Assembly (NCBI RefSeq): GCF_963921235.1
Contig: NC_086097.1
Location: 201,130,001 to 201,194,000, forward strand
Source: Mobula hypostoma
Lineage: Eukaryota
Reading direction: 5' to 3'
Length of the DNA stretch: 64,000 nt
Shown: positions 11,850 through 24,409 of the stretch, piece after piece
How the letters are laid out: each line of letters begins with the position of its first letter
Numbering within the stretch: position 1 is the first letter of the stretch
Notes under the pieces: model-generated
Told to the model about the DNA's origin: nothing
Seen by the model: the letters and a program-made list of their open reading frames with translations, nothing else
Databases searched by the model: none
Translations under genes and position numbers: made by a program

Positions 11850-14800
11850 ATTGACTATCAGCAGTGGCAACTGAGCTCAACAGAGGATTGCTTCTCGCAG
11901 GTCAGAGTCACTGATTTAAAATGAGAGCTTCACGGGCGTTAGTCCATTGTGCCGGGCTATCAGCAGCGGCAACTGAGCTTGGCGAACTAATTAAAAGTAC
12001 AGAAGGGATATGCGGAACGGCCATTGTTGGGAGTAGGTCAGTGGCGAGAGTAGAAGTGACAGGTTTTTGCTCATTCAGGCTTCGGCGAAAGTGAGCTTTG
12101 ACGAGGTAAGTGGACTTCGTTTTTGGTTTTACTTTGCTTTTTTTTTTGAGGAATAGAGAGCATGCCGGTAAGGTTAGTATTTTGCTCTGGGTGTCGGATG
12201 TGGGAATCCTAGGAACCTTCCAGTCTCCCAGATGGCCACATCTGCACCAGGTGCACCAAGATGCAGCTCCTGAGAGATCATGTTAGGGATCTGGAGCTGC
12301 GGCTTGATGACCTACAGCTTATTAGGGGGAGTGAACAGGAGATAGAGAGGAACTGCAAGGAGTTAGTCACCCTGAGGCTGCAGGTGTTAGATAAATGGGT
12401 GATGGTCAGGGAAATGAAGGGAAGAGCTCAGATAGTAGAGAGCACCCGTGTGGCCATCCTCCTCGGTAATCGTTATCTCATTTTGAATGCGGTTGAGGGG
12501 GATGTCCTGACAGAGGATGACTACAGCGATCAGGTCGCTGGCACTGAGCCTGGTTCCGTGGTGCAGGAGGGAAAGAGGAAGATGAGGAATGTGGTAGTCA
12601 TAGGGGATTCCATCGTGAGGGAAACAGAAAGGAGGTTCTGTCAGTCTGATAGAGATACCCGCAGGGTGTGTTGCCTCCCAGGTTCCAGGATAGGGGATGT
12701 ATCGGTTTGGGTGTAGAGTATTCTGAAGGGAGAGGGTGAACAGCCAGAAGTCTGGATACACATTGGTACCAATGACATAGATAGAAAAAGGGAGGAGGTC
12801 CTGAAGAGAGAATTCAGGGAGTTAGGTAGGAAGCAGAAAAGCAGGACCTCTAGGGTAGTAATCTCAGGACTACTGCCTGTGCCACGTGCTAGCGAGTGCA
12901 AGAATAGCATGATCAGACGTATTAATGTGTGGCTGAGAGACTGGTGTAGGGGGCAGGCATTCAGATTCCTGCATCACTGGAGCCTCCTCTGGGGGAGGTA
13001 CGACCTGTACAAAAAGGATGGGTTACACCTGAACCCAAAGGGTTCCAATATCCTAGTGAGCACATTTAATAGAGCTGATAGGGAGGGTTTAAACAAATTT
13101 GGCAGGGAGATGGGAACCGCGATGATAGCGCTGAGGAAGGGGAAAGCAGAAATAAATCAAATATAGCATGCAACAGAGATTATAGAAAGAATAGGCAGGA
13201 GCTGAGGCTTAATCAAAGCCAGTAGCATGAGTTTCAGGGCAATAGAGGCATGGTGCAGTTAAAACAGAAAGCAACAAACACTGGACTGAGAGTATTGTAT
13301 TTGAATGCACACAGCATAAGGAAAAAAATGGACGATCTTGAAATTCAGCTACAGATTGGAAAATATGATGTTGTGGCCATCTCTGAAACTTGGCTAAAGG
13401 ATGGCTGCCATCGGGAGCTGAACATCCAAGGATATACGGTATTTCGGAAAGGTAGGTTAATAGGCAGAAGGGGTGGTATGGCTCTGTGTTTAAGAAATAA
13501 TATTAATTCATTGGAAAGAGATGATATAGGAAGGTGTAGAGTCTCTATGGGTTGAGTTAAGAAATAGCAAGGGTAAAAGGACCCTAATGGCAGTTGTATA
13601 CAGGTCTCCAAACAGCAGCCGGGATGTGGATTACAAATTACAGCTGGAGATAGAAAAGGCATGACAGAAAGGCAATATCATGATAATCGTTGGGGATTTT
13701 AACATGAAAGTGAATTGGGAAAAGCAGATCAGTACTGGACCTCAGGAGAGAGAATTTGTAGAATGTCTAAGGGATGGCTTTTTAGAACAACTTGTTTTTG
13801 AGCCCACTGGGGGATCGGCTGTGCTGGATTGGGTGTTGTGCAATGATAAGGAGGTGATAAGAGATTTTGAGGTTAAGGAACCCTAAGGGAGCAGTGATCA
13901 CAATATGATCGAGTTCACATTGAAATTTGAGAGGGAGAAAGTAAAATACAATGTGACAATAAAGGAAATTATAATGGCATGAGGGAAGTTGACCGGAAAG
14001 GGATGTTTGCAGGAATGACATCAGAGCAGCATTGACTGGAGTTTCGCAAAAATTGAGGAAAGTGCAAGACAGATATATTCCAAATAAGAAGAAATTTTCA
14101 AAGAGAAGAAGGACACTACCATGGCTGACAAGTGAAGTCAGAGCCAAAGTAAAAGCAAAAGCGAGGGCACACAAGGAAGCCAGAGCTAGTGGGAAGATAG
14201 AGGCCACGGGTGCTTTTAAAAACTTGCAGAAGGAAACTAAGAAGGTCATTCAGAAGGAAAAGATGAATTATAAGAGGAAGCTGGCGACTAATATCAAAGA
14301 AGGTACTGAAAGCTTTTCAAAGTATATTAAGGGTAAAAGAAAGGTGAGATTAGATATAGGACCAATACAAAATGATGCTGGAGATATTGTAATGAGAGAT
14401 GCAGAGATGGCAGAGGAACTGAATGCATATTTTGCATCAGTCTTCACAGTGAAAGGTGTCTGCAGTATACTGGACATTCAAGAGTGTTAGGGAAGTGAAG
14501 TTTGTGCAGTGAAAATTACAACTGAGAAGGTGCTCAGGAAGCTTAATGGTCTGAAGGTGGATAAATCTCCTGGACCTGATGAAATGCACTTGGGTTCTGA
14601 AGGAAGTAGCTGGAGATATTGCGGAGGCATTAACGATAATCTTTCAAGAATCAATAGATTTTGGCATTGTACCGGATGACTGGAAAATTGCAAATGTTAC
14701 TCTGTTTTTTAAGAAGGGTGAGAGGCAGCAGAAAGGAAACCTTAGACGTGTTAGCCTGACATCAGTGGTTGGGAAGTTGTTGGAATCGATTGTTAGGGAT

Positions 14801-17203
14801 GAGATTATGGAAGACCTGGAGGCACATGACAAGATAGGCTAAAACCTACACGATAGGCCTGACAAACCTACTGAAATACTTTGAGGAAATTACAAGCAGG
14901 GTAGACAAAGGAGATGCAGTAGACATGGTGTACTTGGATTTTCAGAAGGCCTTTGACAAGGTGCCGCACATGAGGCTGCTTAGCAAGACAAGAGCCCATG
15001 GAATTACAGAGAAGTTACTAGCGTGGGTGGAGCATTGGCTGGTCAGCAGAAAACAGAAAGTGGGAATAAAGGGATCCTATTTTGGCTGGCTGCCAGTTAC
15101 CAGTGGCGTTCCACATGGGTCGGTGTTGGGACCGCTGCTTTTTACAATGTATGTCAATGATTTGGACTATGGTACTAATGGAATTGTGGCTAAATTTGAT
15201 GATGGTACCAAGAGAGGTGGAGGAGCAGGTAGTGTTGAGGAAACAGAGAGCCTGCAGGGATACTCAGATAGTTTAAGGGAGTGGGCAAAGAAGTGGTAAA
15301 TGAAATTCAATGTTGGAAAGTGTATGGTCATGCACTTTGATGGAAGAAATAAACGGGCAGACTATTATTTAGATGGGGAGAGAATTCAAAATGCAGAGAT
15401 GCAAAAGCACTTGGGAGTCCTTGTGTAAGATACCGTAAAGGTTAACCTCCAGGTTAAGTTGGTTGTGAAGAAGGCAAATGCAATGTTGGCATTCATTTCT
15501 AGAGGTATCTATATGCTCCTAAAACTCTCATGCTGTGTTTGTCTGTTTGTGACCTCCAATTAGCGCAAACGGTGCATTACAGCGTCACTTTTTTGGCTAA
15601 ATCAAATTAAAATGCGCTAACTTTCAGAATGCAGGCAAAGTTCAGGGTTATATATTCATATAAAATTGCTCATTTGCCAAAAATCAACAGACTGGCTTTC
15701 ACACGAGACCCGATCGGCCATCATGGAATTCAGGACGCGATAGCCCGACGCATGCACACGGCCAGCCTCAGCAGCAACACCTACCGGAGCTAAAGGGCAG
15801 GGCAGCTCTATTTCAAGGGGTCACATTCTGCTAATCACCATCAGCATGTGCAGGATTGGCAAAGATCTAACTGCCACGCATCAATAAGAGATAATTAAAT
15901 CTTATTGTAATGACACCCATAAAACCCTTTGCTGCAGTCAAAGGACAGCGGTGACTATATCATGTCCATTTAGGAGAGCACCAACCACATCATCAAGAAT
16001 AATCAGCATCCTTTGGTGTTAGTGCTTCGTATCTTCTATCCAGCATTAGGGTTAAAAAAAGAATGGTCAGCCTAATTATGCTGCGTGGAAAGGGAAGGGG
16101 AATATTATGACGCCAAACGTCATTGGGAAGTGGCAAGGAGAGGGAGAGAGCAAGAATCAGATGAGGCCGGGGCTGCACGACTCCAGGATCAAAGAGTCAG
16201 GACAAAAAAGATGAGAGAAGAAGAGACAGAGGAGGAGAGGCATGCATGTCTCAAAAATGACAGCAACTGGCATAGGAGGAGAGATGAAGAGACAAAGGAG
16301 CTGAGAAATGCACGTCTCCAGAATGACAACGAGAGGCACAAGGGTGGCAGATCAACCAGAAATGATGCCATCAAAAGTGTCCTTCGTTAAATGAGGAGGT
16401 GCTATATTTGCCTTGCTACGCGTCGTTCTTCTTTAGTAAACTGAGGTTTTCTTCTTCAATTTCCAAAGCAAAGTGATACCGATAGCATTCAGGAAAATTT
16501 AATGTTCATTCTGGTCACATCAGACTGCACTACCCTTCTCTCAAAGGGTGCCCCAACGGGTCACCCTGTTGTCTAGTAGAATATAAGAGCAGGGATGTGA
16601 TGTTGAGGCTGTATAAGGCAGTCGTGAGACCACACTTGGAGTATTGTGTGCAGTTTTAGGTTCTTTATTTTATAAAGTACATATTGACATTGAAAAGAGT
16701 TCAGAGAAGATTCACAAGAATGATTCCAAGAATGAAAGGGTTACCGTATGAGGAACGTCTGGCAGCTCTTGGGCTGTATTCCCCAGAGTTCAGGAGAATG
16801 AAGGGGAATCTCGTAGAAACATTCCGAATGTTAAAAGGCCTGAACAGATTAGATATGGCAAAGTTAATTCCCATGGTAGGGGATTCTAGGACAAGAGGGC
16901 ACGACTTCAGAATTGAAGGACGTCCTTTTAGAACTGAGATGCGAAGAAATTACTTTAGTCAGAGGGTGGTAAATCTCTGGAATTTGTTGCCATGAACGGC
17001 TGTGGAGGCCAAGTCATTGGGTCTATTTAAGGTAGAGATAGATAGGTTCTCGATTAGCCAGGGCATCAAAGGGTATGGAGGTGAAAGCAGGGGAGTGGAA
17101 ATGACTGGAAGAATTGGATCAGCCCATGACTGAATGGCAGAGCAGACTCAATGGATCAAAAGCCCTACTTCTGCTCCTATATCTTATAGTCTTATGGCCT
17201 TAT
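11850..17203 (+). mobile_element. Full-length decayed CR1 LINE, interrupted by a Helitron
   Basis: ORF1 from ATG 12162 (CSGC..CTRC, GDSIVR, DGLHL); ORF2 from ~13250 ([30 protein letters not shown]); 3' tail TCTTATAGTCTTATGG. The 5' boundary is approximate. Confidence 0.93.
15508..16576 (+). mobile_element. Non-autonomous Helitron (1069 bp)
   Basis: Starts TC and ends CTAG, with a GC-rich hairpin AGGGTG-C-CCC-AAC-GGG-T-CACCCT at 16545-16567. It sits between host A(15507) and T(16577) with no TSD, and removing it restores the CR1 sequence (compare 19808-19830). Confidence 0.9.
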
Positions 17204-17634
17204 AAATTTTATTTTTACCTGCATAAGTACTGGCAGTATAATACCATCTCCCCACCCCCCCCCTTTTAATAAAGCACTTATTCTGAAAACATCAAATAAC
17301 TGGAAGGATTTACACAGTTAACACAATTTATTTGTATGCCTTTGTATGCATTAAGACATTCTTAATATCATGAAATGTATTAACTAAGATAAAATGTGAT
17401 AACGTTAGCACCCAGGATCATGAAATGTACTGATTCTTGTCCAATTAGATATTAGGAAAGGTGATGAGTAGTTCAGATGAATTAAGATTGGGACAGAATA
17501 GATAAATGTAGTTATGTGAGTGGTATAAATGGCTTACAATAGAATTGAATATTTTACACACTCTCTCTCCAAGTATTGACCTCCATGCTTAAATGTTGCA
17601 AAATAAAATATTTTCAGCATTTTATACAATCATC

Positions 17635-20415
17635 CAAATTGTGGCCATCACTGAGACCTGGCTAAAGGATGTATGTCTCTGGGAGCTAAACGTCCAAGGA
17701 TACACGGTGTATCGGAAGGATAGGAAGGTAGGCAGAGGGGGAGCCGAGGCTTTATTGGTAAGAAATGATATTAAATCATTAGAAAGAGGTGATATAGGAT
17801 CAGAAAGTGCAGAATCTTTATGGGTTGAGCTAAGAAATCGCAGGGGTAAAAGGACCCTGATGGCAGTTATTTATAGGCCTCCAAACAGCTGCAGGGAAGT
17901 GGACTACAAATTACAACTGGAAATAGAAAAGGCTTGTCAGAAGGGCAATGTTATGATAATTGTGGGGGATTTTAACATGCGAGTAGATTGGGAGAATCAA
18001 GTCAGCACTGGATCTCAAGAGAGAGAATTCGTAGAATGTCTGCGAGATGGCTTTTTAGATCAGCTTGTTGTTGAGCCCACTAGGGGATCGGCTGTACTGG
18101 ATTGGGTATTGTGTAATGAACCGGAGGTGATTAGAGAGATTGAGGTGAAGGAACCCTTAGGAGGCAGTGATCATAACATGATTGAGTTCGCTGTGAAATT
18201 AGAAAAAGAGAAGCCGAAATCTGATGTGTCGGTATTTCAGTGGAATAAAGGAAATTACAGTGGCATGAGAGAGGAACTGGCCAAAGTTGACTGGAAAGGG
18301 ACACTGGCGGGAAAGACAGCAGAGCAGCAGTGGCTGGAGTTTATGCGAGAAATGAGGAATGTGCAAGACAGGTATATTCCAAAAAAGAAGAAATTTTCGA
18401 GTGGAAAAAGGATGCAACCATGGTTGACAAGAGAAGTCAAAGCCAAAGTTAAAGCAAAGGAGAGGGCATACAAGGAAGCAAAAATTAGTGGGAAGACAGA
18501 GGATTGGGAAGTTCTTAAAATCTTACAAAAGGAAACCAAGAAGGTCATTAGGAGAGAAAAGATTAACTATGAAAGGAAGCTAGCAAATAATATCAAAGAG
18601 GATACTAAAAGCTTTTTCAAGTATATAAAGAGTAAAAGACAGGTGAGAGTAGATATGGGACCGATAGAAAATGATGCTGGAGAAATTGTAATGGGAGATA
18701 AGAAGATGGCAGAGGAACTGAACGAGTATTTTGCATCACTGAGGAAGACATCAGCAGTATACCAGACACTCAAGGGTGGCAGGGAAGAGAAGTGTGTGCA
18801 GTCACAATTACAACAGAGAAAGTACTCAGGAAGCTTAATAGGCCAAAGGTAGATAAATCTCCTGGACCAGATGGAATGCACCCTCGTGTTCTGGAGGAAG
18901 TAGCTGTGGAGATTGCGGAGGCATTAGCGATGATCTTTCAAAAGTCGATAGATTCTGGCATGGTTCCGGAAGACTGGAAGATTGCAAATGTCACGTCGCT
19001 ATTTAGGAAGGGGGCAAGGAGGCAAAAAGGAAATTATAGACCTGTTAGCTTGACATCGGTGGTTGGGAAGTTGTTGGAGTTGATTGTCAAGGATGAGGTT
19101 ACAGAGTACCTGGAGGCATATGACAAGATAGGCAGAACTCAGCATGGATTCCTTAAAGGAAAATCCTGCCTGACAAACCTATTACAATTTTTTGAGGAAA
19201 TTACCAGTTGGCTAGACAAGGGAGATGCAGTGGATGTTGTATATTTGGATTTTCAGAAGGCCTTTGACAAGGTGCCACATATGAGGCTACTTAATAAGAT
19301 AAGAGCCCATGGAATTACGGGAAAGTTACATACGTGGATAGAGCGTTGGCTGATTGGCAGGAAACAGAGAGTGGGAATAAAGGGATCCTATTCTGGTTGG
19401 CTGCCGGTTACCAGTGGAGTTCCACAGGGATCAGTGTTGGGGCCGCTTCTTTTTACATTGTACATCAACGATATGGATTATGGAATAGATGGCTTTGTGG
19501 CTAAGTTTTCTGACGATACGAAGATAGGTGGAGGGGCCAGTAGTGCTGAGGAAACAGAGAGTCTGCAGAGAGACTTGGATAGATTGGAAGAATGGGCAGA
19601 GAAGTGGCAAATGAAGTACAATGTTGGAAAGTGTATGGTTATGCACTTTGGCAGAAAAAATAAACGGGCAGACTATTATTTAAATGGGGAAAGAATTCAA
19701 AGTTCTGAGATGCAACGGGACTTGGGAGTCCTCGTACAGGATACCCTTAAAGTTAACCTCCAGGTTGAGTCAGTAGTGAAGAAGGCGAATGCAATGTTGG
19801 CATTCATTTCTGGAGGAATAGAGTATAGGAGCAGGGATGTGATGTTGAGGCTCTATAAGGCACTGGTGAGACCTCACTTGGAGTACCGTGGGCAGTTTTG
19901 GTCTCCTTATTTAAGAAAGGATGTGCTGACGTTGGAGAAGGTACAGAGAAGATTCACTAGAATGATTCTGGGAATGAGAGGGTAACATATGAGGAACATT
20001 TGTCCGCTCTTGGACTGTATTCCTTGGAGTTTAGGAGAATGAGGGGAGACCTCATAGAAACATTTCGAATGTTAAAAGGCATGGACAGAGTGGATGTGGA
20101 AAAGTTGTTTCCCATGATGGGGGAGTCTAGTATGAGAGGGCATGACTTAAGGATTGAAGGGCGCCCATTCAGAACAGAAATGCGAAGAAATTTTTTCAGT
20201 CAGAGGGTGGTGAATCTATGGAATTTGTTGCCACGGGCAGCAGTGGAGGCCAAGTCATTGGGTGTATTTAAGGCAGAGATTGATAGGTATCTGAGTAGCC
20301 AGGGCATCAAAGGTTATGGTGAGAAGGCGGGGGAGTGGGACTAAATAGGAGAATGGATCAGCTCGATGGGCCGAATGGCCTACTTCTGCTCTTTTGTCTT
20401 ATGGTCTTATGGTCT
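17635..20415 (+). mobile_element. Young 5'-truncated CR1 LINE with near-intact ORF2
   Basis: ORFs 17593-18852 (APE), 18792-19985 (RT, FSDD) and 20000-20344 are separated by only two frameshifts; (TCTTATGG)n tail. Confidence 0.96.
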
Positions 20416-21104
20416 AAAACACTCCTTGGAATAGGGCAATTATTTTACTTATATATTCCCTGCAAAATCCCTTAACTTTGTTTTAAAACATTATTAGTTT
20501 AATTTGTGTTGCAATGTCATTTTGCAATTAAATGCTACCCGAGAGACATGAAGACTTGATATGGGATCTTTGCTGTTCACAAAGATGTCATGTTGGTTAT
20601 TCCAGAAACTGAGCGGATAGGTGATATGAGGGTACTACCAGTCACACCACAGGTCAGTCTACATAACTGTATTTGCAATTTTGAAGTAATTTTTCCATTT
20701 GTTATTTATCACTCAATTTCATATTTTTGCTTATGTTTCTAATTTGACAAATCTTTCTAATCAAAATTGACTATAAAATGTTATTTCAATGATATTCATA
20801 GTGGATGCTTAAAACCAACAAGAAAACTGTTTATTTTACACTGTTAAGGTTTACAGCATTTATCTCTTATGAGACATACAGAATTATGAAAATAAATTGG
20901 GTATAATATGCATTAGGCCAATTCGCACTGGTATGGTACATACTGTTGGTTCTGAGCAGGAATGCTGCAATTCGAAGTTTAATTGCAGTTTATCTGGGAC
21001 CTTAATGCATGTGTTAACTAATGAATAAGTTTTAAACTGATAAACAATCTAAGGTATTGTATAAGTCAATACTCTCCACTGCAAGAGTCCACATGGTGTC
21101 CAAC

Positions 21105-22500
21105 ATAGAGTCGTAGAGCAATATAACCTTGATACAGGCCCTTCAGTCCAATAAGGCCATGACAAACAGTCCTCCATCTAATTTGTACAAATTTCCTGTC
21201 TTTGGCACATATCCCTCCATGTGCCTCCCCTGCATGTGCCTATCTAAGAGTTTTTTGGGATGATGCTATTGTACCAGCCTAAACCTCTTCCTCTGTCAAC
21301 TCGGTCTATATACCTCTGTGTGGAAAAAATTGCATCTCAGGTCCTGTCTCTCCCTAAAGCTATTCCCCCAGTTTTGAACTCCCTTACTTTGGGAAAAGAC
21401 TTATCACCCACCTTATCTATGTCTCTCATAATTTTAAATACTTCTATATGGTTGCCCCCCATTCTTCGATAGTCCAAGGAATAAAGACCTCAGCTGGCCA
21501 GCTTCCCCCAATAACTTAGATCCTCTATTCCTCACACCATCTTCATAAACCTTTTCTGCACTCTTTCCAGTTTAACCATATCTTTCTTGTAACAAGGTAA
21601 CCAAAACTCCACGTGTGGCCTCACTAATGACTTGTATAACTGCAAAATAATGTCCCTACTCTTATACTCAGTGCTCTGACTGATGAAAGCCAGATTGCTA
21701 AATGCCTTTTTCACCACCTTGTCTACCTATGATGCCACTTTGAATGAACTATGTGCTTTTGTTCCTTGGTTTCTCTGTTCCATTGCACTCCCTAATGCTG
21801 TATCATTCATTGTATAAGTCATATGCTAGTTTGACTTTCCAAAATACATTACCTAACACTTATCTATATTGAAACTCATTTGACCACTTCCCTAACTGAT
21901 AAAGGTCCCCCTGTAATCTACAATAACTTTCTCCACTATCAATAACACCTGCTAATTCATGTCATCGGCAATCTTACCGATCATGACTTGTGTGTTCACA
22001 TCCAAATACTTTATATAAATAACAAATACCAAGAATCACAACACCAATCCCTGCAGACCTGACTACCCAGACCAACCTGCCATGCAGGACATTGTGGAAA
22101 GCCTTGTTAAAGTCCAAAAAGACAACAGCAACTTCCCTACATCCATTTACTTTTTTAGCTAGCTCTTCAAAAGAACCCTAAAACATTTATCAAGCATGAC
22201 TTCCCATGCATAAATCCAAGCTAACCCTCTTAATCAGACTCTGTCTATCTGAATGCTGGTGTCCCTCAGGAATTCCCTCCAGTAACATCTCCATCATTGT
22301 TGTCAGGCTGACTGGCCTGTAGTCTGGTGGCTTGTCCTTGCTACCATTCTTAAACAATAGAAAGACATTAACCATTTCCCAGTCTTCAGGAACTTCACCG
22401 GTGGCAAAGAATGAAGCAAATATTTCTGCAAGAGCCTCTGCAATTTCTTCTCTGGCTTCCCACAAATTCTGAAGTAGCACTTAGTCAGGTCCTGGGAATT
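21105..22500 (-). mobile_element. Old deleted CR1 ORF2/3' fragment
   Basis: ORFs 22190-22480 (GEVPEDW..YRPVSLT) and 21532-21717 (LYKSLVRPH..LERVQKRF). Confidence 0.85.
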
Positions 22501-22509
22501 AGTTACTTC

Positions 22510-23008
22510 CTGTGTTTAATAAAATGGCCACAGAGTGTACGTTTATGGTCTTCTGCTGCTGCATATTGTTCATTTAGAGATGGCACTGTTGTGACATGTG
22601 GTTACTTGAGTTACTGTCACTCTCGTGTCAGCTTAAACCCCAGTCTGGCCAATTCTTTCTAATTAACAAGCAATTTTCGTCCATAAAACTGCCACTCACT
22701 GGATGTATTTTTGGTTTTTTGCACCATTCTCTGCAAACTCTAGAGACTGTTGAGCATGAAAATCCCAGTTCAGCAGTTTCTGAGATACTCAAACCACTCC
22801 ACCTAGCATCAACAATCACTCCACAGTCAAAGTCACTTAGATCACATTAATTTCCTATTCCAATGTTTGGTCTGAACAACAACATAACCTCTTGACCATG
22901 TATGCATGTTTTCATACACTGAGCTGCTGAAACAAGATTGACTGATTAGATATTTGCATTAGAGAGCAGGAGTATAGGTGTACCTAATAAAGTGAAACTG
23001 CGTGTGTG
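22510..23008 (-). mobile_element. Tc1-derived non-autonomous element
   Basis: HTH remnant MIVDARWSGLSISETAELGFSCSTVSRV (22628-22819). A terminal-type motif (taataaa.tg...cac.gagtgt) appears at ~22517 and ~22985. Confidence 0.7.
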
Positions 23009-24409
23009 TTAGGGATTTTTCCCAGTTTGACCTGCTACAAGATCAGGACTGCAGTTATAAGGTACAAATGATGTTTCTATTATATATGGTTTAACCCTTT
23101 TGATGAGTATTTACTGCATTCTAACTTTTTTTTTAACAATTCATTGGTATTGCCTTCATTTCAATAACTTTTTGATGTCTCTGAAGGAAAGATGTAAAAT
23201 TACTAAAAATGTCTTAAGAATTTTTAGAATTGGCAAAGTTGCAGCTGAAGCTTTAACTTGGGGATAAACTGTGGAGGTAATCAGATCAATTAGTTAATGG
23301 GGGCAGTTAGACAGAGACAAATGGAACAAGACCTACAAGAAGAAGACAGTTAGAGAATGAACAGACTGACAAAAGAACATGAAAAGCTGTGAAACGCAGG
23401 GCTGATTTACCCTACATGACTGTATCCTGACTAGATAAGCAAAAGTATTGTAGTATTGTAGTATCACAGGCACTGATTTTAAGATCTGGGTGGAGGCATA
23501 CAACCTTCAGCCTATTATTCATAAACATAATCAAAGTCTGTCCATTTCATACATATGGAGCCATTTAGAAATACTTTGCTGCAAAATCTAAGCAAGTACT
23601 ATGTATGATACATGAAGTATGCAATATGTTGTGTAATCTTATCTTAATGCATTATAGCAACATCAGCAGTTTAGTTAACTTATATCGAACTTCTTTAAAA
23701 ACTTCATGCTGAGTTACTGGCTAGAAATTCAATCACTCCAAAATAGGAATCTGGTGTATTCATACTCAGATATTCCTGAGGACAATGAATAAGTGACGGT
23801 AATCTTGATGAAAATGTCCATGCATCCTTTGAGTACGCAATGTTGCCTTTAATTTTTAATGAAGGGTTTGTGATTATTAGTGATTCAATTATAATTTCCT
23901 GCTGACTTATTCCTGGGCTAATTGATGTTAAGGCTTCAGACATTTGGGGTCATTCTTTATTTAGTACTAGCAAAATGTTAAAATGTGTTTTTGAGAGGTT
24001 CTAAGGGGGAGGGAGCAAGTCTCCTGCTTTATGACTTAAATTTTGGCATCCTGGCCACTGATTCGACATACAGAGCCTATATTCTCTTCATATGAGACTC
24101 TTTAATGCAGAAATGAAGAGAAGGGGGCAGGAAGTGGCTGCAGAGATCAGTTCCTGCAGTGAAACTTCACTTAGCTCCTGTTCCCATGGCAATTGTTATA
24201 AAGGTGTTCGGCTGTATTAGCGAGAACACACACAGCGATCAGAAACCAAGGGAGGATGATTCATGTTGAGTTCTAGATTCTTATATGGAGCTTGAACCAC
24301 CTGAGTTCAGCCTATCTCCATGAGGATTTGAGATCCTGGCTCCAAGCATGCTTGTCCATTCATCTTAAAGCTCCCCACTCAAGCAAGAAAAAACACAACC
24401 TCCTGACCA

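Noticed and set aside
12106..12156. Mini-intron in the CR1 5' UTR (GTAAGT...poly-T...AG)
   Set aside because: At 45-51 nt it is shorter than typical vertebrate introns; kept only as a donor-like motif.
17593..19985. 419-aa and 397-aa ORFs as a host gene or a bacterial-type RT system
   Set aside because: They are the APE and RT parts of a CR1 ORF2. The first ~14 codons come from flanking DNA and the context is a vertebrate intron.
23704..23943. 79-aa minus-strand ORF as the terminal CCDC178 exon
   Set aside because: No resemblance to the expected C-terminus and no convincing acceptor in frame.
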